A stretch of DNA of 64,000 nt from Bugula neritina (Eukaryota > Animalia > Bryozoa): the NCBI GenBank assembly GCA_964035545.1, contig OZ037768.1:8526741-8590740 (forward strand), written 5' to 3'. Shown in pieces: positions 35,301 to 47,013 of the stretch (position 1 is the first letter of the stretch; each line of letters begins with the position of its first letter). The notes under the pieces are model-generated. The model had not been told where the DNA came from and made no database searches. It saw only the letters and a program-made list of their open reading frames with translations. Both the position numbers and the translations under genes were made by a program.

Positions 35301-38300
35301 ATCTACATAACATTAATTTCTCATAGCATCTCACTAAATGCATCTCTATTTTACACATATTATAATCAGTTTGTGGAGAATATTAAATTACAAAACCAAC
35401 ATTTGGCAACTCTCCAAAATATGCTCTGGGAATATGACCAATGACTTAGCTTGAACATTTTACTGCTGCTATGAACTAATGCTTATATAACACAGAATCA
35501 AAAACTGCTGCTATGAACTGCACCACTCTTATGTAACACAGAAATATAAACTTGAATTGCTCACTCCGTTCTCTAAGAAAACAGGTCGTGTCTCAAATCC
35601 CCCGACTTGAAGAACGTCTCCTTGCGCCTTCAGATAAAAAGAATGTTCGTGATCTCTAACATTAGGCATACCTCTCACACCTTCTATAGCCTCAGTTACT
35701 ACATAGGAGTGTTCAAACGACAGCTGGGGTATGTTCATTTCAAAAGACTTCAGTATGTGAGGAGTCCAGCAACCTATCAGAAAAGAATATTTAGAATCAC
35801 TGTTATAACAAATGCAACGAATTCAATTTTTGCTCAATATTTTGCTCTGAAGGTGACACCTTTCATCCTGAAATGCAGTATCAAAATTTACAACTTTTTT
35901 ACAGCAGTAAGTTTGTAGAGGCATTGACTAATGTCTGGACATAGAACCCTTACTAAACTAAAGAACTACGCCATGTATAAAGCATATTTTCAGACAGACA
36001 ACATGTGTTTTGAATTTTTTTACAGTTATATGCCCAAAGTTGAACTTGCATGTTGCTGGTATGGCATGAGTTCTCAACTAGGTGAGTTAATTGTACTATA
36101 AACACATTTTTGAGTTTATGATGAATATTTTAGTATAATTATAACATATTATTATAATATAAACCTCCACAAATGACAACATTGTCCGTCTCAATTCTTC
36201 CTTTTGATGTATTTACTGCTTTGACCCGTTTTCTCCCCATGGAATCAACACCAGTTTCAATTTCTATTACTTCACAATTTGTGATTGTCTGCAAGAGAAT
36301 ATAAGTATTTCATTTAATACTAGCTGAGTTTGTATAAATGTATGTACAGCTGCTAGCAGGGATAGCAAAACACAGTGTTCCCTTCATAGCTTACGGATTC
36401 CATAGGTCATGAGAAGGGCTTGGGCCCAGTTTGTGGCTTATTTATGTGTATATGGGGACAAAATCTAATGGATCCATGAGTTAAATCTAGTATTATACCA
36501 TGTCACGAGTTGAAGGTTCAGGACCCGTAGCTTAGTGAGATACGGATAGAGCACTGTAAAAATATAAAGTATAGATATTGAAATATTCATTAATAACTAA
36601 TTTTGTTTAATTATTCCTAAACTAAAATAAGTAAACACCACACTTTTTTATTCGTAGCCAGCTTTGATTTATTAAGATATATTTTGCAAAGCCTGGAACT
36701 TCAGTAAGAACGGTATACCACCACAGTAACAATAATTCATGTATAAAGGCAGTTATCTGAGCAGAAAATTAGAATTACAAGCAAAGCTGTGAACAAAGAA
36801 AAAAATGAAGAATAAATATGGTGGAAAGACGGTCACCTGAGCACCGTTGAGTTTAGCAGCTCTAGAGAGAGCAGTACAGTACCCAGCAGGGTCAATGTGA
36901 CCGTCAGTTGGAGAGTAAAGGGCTCCGACTAGATCATCCTTATTCATTATTGGGTAGAGTTTCTGTGCCTCGTCTGGAGTTAGAATGTGTGACTCAATCC
37001 CCATGCACTCACCAAACTGAAACATACAAACACAGACAGTCAAACAAAGCTAACCATTGAGCTTGGTATATAAATTTTCAGCTATGTATTTGCTCTAAAC
37101 TCTAATAAATAATCCTAGCTTGACCTATCAAACAAAACAGTTACACTAAACCCAAAGAATAAATGAATTAAAAACCTAAACCAAGTCAAAAGTTTTCATT
37201 GCATCAACAACAAAATAGCTATTCATTGTGGCTATAAGTTTACAATATTCAACGATATACATTAGATTGCAACTTGGTAATATAGTTAATCATTTTTAAA
37301 GACATGACGTAATAATTAGCCTTTGTACAAGACACTTGCAGCTTTCAGTCTTTTAAACTCTTCTATCCTCTGTTTGGTACATCCTAAGAAAAGTCCCCCA
37401 TTCATTGTAAACCCAGAGTTGACACCTGTTTCTTCTTCTATGGTAAACATGATGTCTCTGGTGATATTACTCAGCCACAAGTCTGTCTCGTCTGCTCTCA
37501 GTCTCCATAGCATACCTACAGACAGGAACAGCCTCTGAACCAGGAAATACTAAAGGAACTCTGCTACCTGGCAAATTGCTACACAAATACTATTACAGTT
37601 ATGAACTGCATATTGTAAAATTATAGTAAAATCATCTTATTTGTTCACTTCACTGTAGGCACTTTGGCACAGCGTGTCATAATTTTAACCATCATCTTAA
37701 TAAAATCAATAGACTGAAATATACAGACAGCTGAAAAAACTCTGCCAGACAAAATTTATACATTAAAGAGTAGGTATAAAAGAAAAGGCTAAAAATCTAC
37801 TCAAATTAATCAGCTAGCGCTAAGCTATTCCAAATAAAAAATAAAACTGTAAAATATTGTATAAGCAGTCGACCAAAAATCTATAAAAGTGACTAAATAG
37901 CCTTTGGTTGACATTTACTAAACCAGTTTAGATATTGAAAAGTTTCATATATTGAAAAATTCAAAATTCATCAAGTTCTAATTTATAACCTACCAGCTGT
38001 GTGCCATGATGTGCCAGCTGTGAGTTGGTCCTTCTCAACCAACACAGAGTTCGGCAACCCAAGTTTACTCAAGTGGTAGATGGTACTACAGCCCACAGTA
38101 CCACCTCCAACTACTACAGCATCTGCTCTGCTTGGAACTGAGGCTACATTATCTGAGTTTACATCTTTCAGAGTTCTGTCAAACAGAAATGAATTCTAAA
38201 GGCGTAACACTAAAGGACTTAAAGTTGAGTTGGAGTTGTTTTTTCTATTATAAGCACTTTTTGGTGAGTATATCATATCTTCCAGGAAAAATATATAATC

Positions 38301-40413
38301 TGTATAGTTTACTTTAAAGCATAAGCAAATTTTTCTAAATTCTACAAGTTCAATCATAAGGCGACACAACATTGTTGGATGGAGCTTTTCTGAACTTTCA
38401 CAGTGGTAGTTAAGTGAGAACTATTATTCCGTGACAGGATTACTACCAGGAAAATGGGCCTACTAATGCCACAGCTTGTCACACCACCACATCTTTATAT
38501 TAAACTTTTACAGTATTATCTTGCAAGTTGCTACATACTTACTACTAAACTAAACAGCTCGCAGCAAAAATAAAATATAAAATCCTTGATACTGCGTTCA
38601 GCAACCCGCTTCCATGCAGTACTGAAGTCTGCTTATATAGGTGACCTAGAAGGAGCTCAGTCATTATTCATGGGTCATGCTTCGGTGCACATCCCAGGCA
38701 AGCGATGCGCAGTAAACGACCGGAAACAATATTATAGCTAGGCTATGCAAGCCATCTAAGATTCAAAGGTTCATTGCTGAAAGATTCGAGTTTATAGAAA
38801 TATTCAAATAAAGGTTGGGGAATAAGGAAAAGCTGTCAGCTTATATAAAAATATATTTATTTGACTAGCCTACACATGCATTGTGCTGCCTGTTTGACAA
38901 TGATCTTTTATCTCTAATCTAACTTCTTAATAAATATAACCATGCTTCTATCACACAGAGCCCCTTTTTATAATAAGAAGATAAGTAAAACAGAAAGGGA
39001 GAAAAACCACATTAATGATTACAATCCCAGTTTGTCATTTATGTTTAGTTAAAGTTATAGCCTATAGGCCATAGGGCATGTAAAATAGATACTTCACAAA
39101 TTTAATCATTTCTGTCAAAAAATTTAATTACTGCTAAAAGCTTCATTTCCATTTATTGGGTTAGCTTATCTATAAAATGGGAGAGGTGAGGTCTTTTGTA
39201 GACCCTATAAATTATAAAAACAAGACCTAGCACTCTCATATAATATAATATGCAGGGGCCGATTTACCACACATAACATAGACTATAGACTATAGAATGT
39301 AACAATGGACAATTACCTTTAGTAACTGCGCATATAAAAACACTGGATATAAAAAAAACAGACAGACCTATAACTAGCAGACCTTGCTAAACATAAAATC
39401 CTATTTCCAAATTTAAAATAGTTGGTAGAAAGTTGATTGGGTCAGTAATGAGTAGTAGGCCTATACTGGAGCTTATCAATGGTCTACTGCATGCTACTTA
39501 ACAGTATCAAAATGATCACTAAACTAACAAACTAGCTTGCAGTAATATAGTAGCTGACCGTAGTTGTACAACATACATATAACAGCTTAGAGCAGCATCT
39601 GATTTTATTTATTCTGGCTCTAAAATAGTAATGTTGCAATAGGTAGTAATCATTTAGTTTAAAAATGCGATCTTTAAATCTTTAAATGAACTTGCAGTAA
39701 AACCCATAATTATTATATCTCTGCACATCTTGCAAAATTAAATTCAGCAAACTGTTCAAAAAGGGATGTTTTTTGGAACTGAAGCTGACATCTTCAATCA
39801 TGCACAATATTGATATTGAATCTCAGCTTTCTGAATATTAAGCAGGACACTAGTTACTAGTTAGGTACTTTAGATAATAATATATTATACTAATAGTAAT
39901 TTATGAATGATGTTTTATCCTTAAGACTAACTATGAATATAGAGTAACATTTTAAAATATAATACTAAGAGTTACATTCAGCAACCTACTCAATATCAAG
40001 TCTATAATTATAGTAAGATAAAGTCATTTATCTGTACGGATTGATTACATAATAATATAAAGAGACTTATGAGTATAAAGTTAAACTATAAATAAGTACA
40101 ATGCTGAATAATAATCATAGTGTCAGTGTGGATAACTGGAACTATACTATTATTAATGTTAGTAACAACTAATGTGGCAAGCCCGCGTATAAACAGGCAG
40201 CACCAAGTACCATTAAAACATAGTTACATGTGATACTCAGACTATGGGTGTGAGTTGTGACAGTCACAGTTGATGTTGACACAGAAATTGAAAGTGGATG
40301 ACTTACTTGTAAGGGACTTCTCGCTTCTCAACTGCCACAAACCTTGCTTGAGTAAATTTATTAGATTTGATTGTCTGCTTCAATAAATTTAGATTACTTG
40401 TTAACCGATGCAT
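29370..40413 (-). CDS. SARDH: Sarcosine dehydrogenase-like, mitochondrial (copy B), inverted paralog, about 19 exons
   Basis: ATG at 40413 ([36 protein letters not shown]). Same intron positions and phases as copy A (approximate exons 40413-40307, 38177-37996, 37515-37340, 37016-36837, 36288-36165, 35774-35566, 35138-35009, 34600-34423, 33934-33793, 33701-33618, 33188-33075, 32743-32605, 32451-32344, 31979-31831, 31211-31139, 31024-30838, 30558-30390, 30237-30077, 29473-29370). GTSWHTAG retained; ends [15 protein letters not shown]. No stops or frameshifts seen. Confidence 0.9.
31249..31460. repeat. Minisatellite of ACACCCATACCAACAC units with optional ACGCACAC spacers, in a SARDH-B intron
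   Basis: About 9-10 copies of the CCCATACCAAC core in alternating long and short units. Confidence 0.92.
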
Positions 40414-40577
40414 AATACAGGTAAAGTCACTGATGTCTTTCCTAGTCAAACTAAAATTTAAGCATGAACTCTGCAAAGCACGTTTTGCCGAGGGTAGCTG
40501 TTTCTCCAACTGAATGAGCACATGTTCTGAGCATCCGAAATTATTGCAAAATCATTATTGGTTGCATTCAACCGTCC

Positions 40578-40613
40578 TGACGTCGTGACGTCAAGAGAGG
40601 CAAAGTTCACGTG
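40578..40613. promoter_or_regulatory. Tandem CRE sites and an E-box upstream of SARDH-B
   Basis: TGACGTCG followed directly by a perfect TGACGTCA (40586-40593), and CACGTG (40608-40613), about 170-200 bp upstream of the ATG. Confidence 0.45.
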
Positions 40614-40968
40614 TATAATATTATTACGCTGGTTGCTTGACTGATTATAATTTATATGGAATCATTGCGAATTCCTTGTGACAGCATCAAATTTAATAGT
40701 CATAGACTCATGCTGATTCTTCATTGCCCTGATGATGGTCACCAGTATCAGTTATCATGATTATGATACTGAGACTGAAATTATCATTATGTTAATACTT
40801 TTAGCCATACTTATAGCTATAATACTTAGTCATTACAGCTATAATTGAAAATGTTTACTATCATGATTGTGGTATTGCTAAACCCCCAATAATATAATTA
40901 TTATAATAATGATGAACCCCAGCATTGGTAGAACAGGGTACTAAGACCCACACAAAAGTACAAGGTAA

Positions 40969-42187
<1,219 letters not shown>

Positions 42188-44268
42188 TGCGAGCATATAC
42201 AAAGATAAAGTTTAAATTTACAAACACAACTCCATAATATAGTTCTACTAGTTAATTGTAATTATGCCAGTGTTGGGAGGACCTAACTATGAATGCAAGT
42301 TCACACAGGCATCTTTATCTTGTTAACCAAAATAAACTAGAAAATAGTTGAAAATAAACCTTGCCCAATATCATAACTCCTGTGCATGCTACAATACTGC
42401 AGGTTTATCTGGCCTTCAGTCAATAATGCAACTAGGCACTTCACATGCATAATAGTAGAGTAGTAGACTGTTGCTGTGATAAAACTATGATTGATATTGC
42501 TTTTCCTGCGATGTTAATATGTGCATAGTCCTAGTTTATACCAGATGAGAATTCAAGACATAAGTATTAAAGTCTTGTTGTGCACCATTATGTCATTATT
42601 TTGGTGGAGAGTGTTAAATCTGTTTGCAAAAAGGTTGATACAGAGTAATTATATGTGACTTTGACATTGTTTAAACTTTAGAGGATTTGATAAAGCTACC
42701 AGCAACAAAGTTTTTTCCTTTTTTCTAATTACTAAAATGTTTTTTGTTACCATGAACATTTTGAACTTAAATTAGCATGAGTGATTATCGGGCTGAATGT
42801 GATGACATAAAATTATTAACTTATCCAATCATATTGCTTCTAAATTTCTATACTTTCCACTGAAAAATTGCATTCAGTGAAAAGTAAGTCTAGGAGTTGA
42901 ATGCCATGTTTTGAGTCAAGTTATTTTACATAAATTTTGCATTGTGGAAGAAATGCAATGTTGAGCACCATAATTATGGTTGGTTAAATAGTAAAGTAGA
43001 TAGTTCTGTTTTTAATCTGTGGGAACACTTGAAATCGATGCTTTGCTAGTTTCAAATTTGTGATGATCCTGCGATGCATGTTCCAGTTATTAGTCTGGTT
43101 ACAGAGCATACCATTTTTTAAATATACAAAATGCAATGTTCAGAAAAGTCTTTTATTGTAGGTATCTATATCAGTTCCTTTTGTGTAAGCTTTTATGCTC
43201 CTAAAAGTTTCTCAATTTAGCTTGCCAGCTGTGTCTTTTGGCTATTTCCTGCTTAGCAGTTTGCAAAAGTTGTATAAATAAAAATTTGTCATTTGATGCA
43301 AGAAGTTTAACTTTATAACTTGTACATTTCCTCCACAGAATTAAATCACAACCTGTAAAACCTCCTCGAGTGGAATTTGAAGAGTGCAAGAAAGGGGTAA
43401 TTTACAGAGTTATCTTTTCTGAAACTTAGATGGGATAACTCTAGGGTTAAAAAATCTAGCGTTTCCTGCAAAGTGAAAGTTCATAGCGGGCAAAGTGAAA
43501 GCTAGCTTTCAGCATATTGACAATATTAAAATGCTTTACTATTAAATTAGGTTTATATATCATTTATATTTATATTTGTGCAATATAATGATCGTGAAAA
43601 TAAAGGCAGATTTAGTCATTCTGATTCCTAGTGGTATCGTTATGATCGGTTATCAATATGAATAGTCAATAGTCATTCAGTTTCACAGTCATAGTCATAG
43701 TGATAGTGGTACTCTTACTGATAGTGATAGTCACACTCATACTGATACTCAGCCTTATGTTTCATAGTCATACTCATAGTGGTCATAGTGGTAGTAATAG
43801 TCTATATGAGTGTAACTCTAAATTTATAAGTAGCAATATTATAATAATGCTTATAGTTATAGTAATAACTATACCAAGTATAAGACTAAGTAGTTAGGCA
43901 GCATGACTATAGGTATTAGTATAAGCATCACCACTACTAGTACTAGCAGTAATAGCAGCAGTAACAGTAGTACTAGTAGTACATTTAGTAAGAGTAGTTT
44001 AGAGTTATATTTGTATAGCCCTAACTTGTAGTTTGTATTACTAGTATAGCAACGCTACTACTTAATTTATTATATTTATATTAAGTCTAACATTTTTTAC
44101 TAATGCTATTGCTAATGAGTGATGAGTACATACCAGTCATAGAGTAAATTTGATGACCAAATCGTGTTCCGTGTTGTTTATTCATTATAATTTATATCTA
44201 TGTAATAATCATTACTTGTGTTGGCATTAGAAATAGATTAGTATTTGTTTTTAGAATAAGACTAAAAG

Positions 44269-45830
44269 ATGGCAAATGTGTTTCTTCGATTTAACCAGTT
44301 GGCAAAGTGTTTAAGAGTTCACAGACCTATCAGTTATACTTTTGAGGCTCTCAAGCTGACTACAAGTTATTGTATTTCACATCAACACTTCTTATTTAGC
44401 ACCACAATAAGGTAAATTTTAGGGTCTGGTAATCTATTCAAAATTGCTTTGACATTGTATTTTATATTTTAGTTTTAGCCATCTAGTTATTTTAACTTTA
44501 AATGTTAGATGTGTTTACAATATGGAGATGGCTATATATGCATAACTTACATGTACTAGTTGCCTATATTTTAAATTGTATTTAAGTTTTTTTTTATTGT
44601 AATCTAAGCAAATTGTGAATATGTTTTACAGAAACTGTGGTGACAATAAACCAAAATATCCTCCTCTTGATGAGAAAGAGTTGGAAGAGAAGTTTACAAG
44701 AGGCAGTGGACCTGGTGGCCAAGCTACAAATACAACTAGCAATTGTGTTCTTTTAAAGCACACCCCGACAGGTTTAATTATAAAAGTATGAATGTTTGGT
44801 ATATAATAATTTAAAGGTCACTTCAAAGGCATAATCTGATTATGAAAAAATGATAATTATAACCCTTTCAAAATTATAGTGCTGAAGTTTAATAATGTTT
44901 TGCAATTTATTAAAAATGTTATATGATTGAAAAGTTTAAATTCAGACTACTAAATATACTTGAAGTTTTCTATGATATGGTATGGGGAGGCTCTATATTT
45001 TTTACCGACGGGCCACACTTGCAGCAGGACCATTATATTGGTTGTAAATGGCATAACCCAGAACTAAAGGCTAAAACAAAATCAATATTATTGCTGAAAA
45101 ATTTTTTTTTCTTAGCCTCTCACTATTTAACACTACAAACAAAACGTTTCAAAATAAGACATAACATACAGTTATAGTAAGCAAGTATTCAGTGTCAGTG
45201 TAATGAATGGTACTTATTTCTGTCCATCTGATAGTAGTGATGGAGAATGCAGTTTTTATGAGCAGTAGGCTATTTCGAGAAGTTATTGGAAATGAGCTTG
45301 AATTAGTAATGAGTGCTGTTTGCCCTTTATGTGACCTTTATTTAATAATGCTGAATCAAGTAAGCTAGTTGCTTTGAGGTCATTAATGCTTATTTAAAGT
45401 AATTCTATGACTTTTTTACTGTTGTCCAATAAAGGAGCTAATTGGTCATTATAGGTGTTGAGACTCAATTTGTATAATATATAATTAATTTGCTTATGTG
45501 GGTACTTGATTTTAGTGCCATGCTGAAAGAAGCTTAGAAGTTAATAGAAAGATAGCAAGGCGTCGTATGCAGGAGCGACTCGATGACCATTATAATGGTG
45601 AAAACAGTATAAAAGCCCAAGAAAAACGTAGAGCCAAGGCTAAACATCTGAGCAAAAAAGCTAAAACAAAAAGAAAATTAGAGAGACTGGCAGCTGAACG
45701 TGAGGCAGCACTGTCTACTGAAGATGCTGCTACAGCCAACACTATCGAGATACCAGCTAATGATACAACTGGTGTACCAATAGATAGTATCGTGGACAAG
45801 CAGATACCAGATAAAGACAATAGTGACTGA
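44269..45830 (+). CDS. MTRFR: Mitochondrial translation release factor in rescue (C12orf65); exons 44269-44411, 44632-44785, 45516-45830; about 203 aa
   Basis: [40 protein letters not shown]|[31 protein letters not shown] carries the GGQ motif and the C12orf65-specific GGQATN..SNCV and YNGENS. MTS-like N-terminus and basic tail. Confidence 0.93.
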
Positions 45831-47013
45831 ACAATGCAATAGGACTAGCCTATTCAAATCATTAACAAGGTGATGATGCCTCTAATTGATGGTGACTCTG
45901 CCAAGTCATTAGCTAATTGAGGATCCTACCTTTAGTGCCCTAATCAAACAATTTGAAAATTATGTTTTCTGAGAATATAGAGAAGAGAAGTAAGAGTGTT
46001 GTCTTTAGCTGAACATATATGTACAGCAGTAATGCTGACTATTTGACTAAATCGATGCTGCCAGGAGATGTCTTATAACCTCTACTAGTGTTGCAACGAA
46101 CAAGCTAAGAGTAGACTATAATGCTTCTTTCTTGAAGATGAGGTTGCAATGTATAAAGATAACTAACTCTACTACAATATTAACTGCTGAAAAATTTCTA
46201 GTCAATAACAGACTTTTGAGGGGCACCGCACTGCAGATAACAGTCCAGCCCTAATACTTGAAGCTGAGGACACTGGGCTCAACTATTTATGTAAGAGCTA
46301 TGAAATCATGATTACCTAGAATACTATTATGTTTTTAATGGAGTTACAATGAGAATATAATATATATTTTTTTGTAATTTTTCGATAATAATTCTTCATC
46401 CTTTGCTTTTCATCCTTTGCTTCTATTAATAAAGTGTTTGGAGGAGGGAAGAGGTTTAATGTAAAAAATCTGTAATATAAAAGCATATTTTAATTTACTA
46501 TCATTTTGCCAAATAAAACTAAACTTGTAGTACAACTCTTTTGAACATTCTTTGATATATTAATGGACTGTTCTGATTTTTTTACTACAGCTTTTATGCT
46601 CTTTGTTACTGTACTGTTAGATTGATGGACAAAAAGCAAACAAGTCATAAGGATACTAAACTCTAAAGGTACATCGTAAATATATTTGTGCCTGATATTC
46701 GAATATAGGATAATTTGGGTATTCAAGATTGTAATTGAACATTGTAATTTCGAAACAATAGATATTGTCAAAAATTCATCAAAGATTGTGGTAATTAACC
46801 TAGCATAAAATTAACAAAAATCTATTAATGAAAAATAATAATTTAAATGCAATAAATATATTATCATTTATGTTGTATAACAGAAATATACATGTAAAAT
46901 AATTTATATGCTACCAAGTATAAACCAGTTACTTTTGTGGTCAGACAACTGTATGCATTATTACCCAACGTGATCACTAAGCTAGCTTTCAATGACAAGT
47001 ATGTATTCCCCAT

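Noticed and set aside
29370-40413. SARDH-B as a pseudogene, a haplotig duplicate or DMGDH
   Set aside because: All exons read in frame; introns and many exons are too diverged for an allelic duplicate; it has SARDH-type motifs and the same exon structure as copy A.
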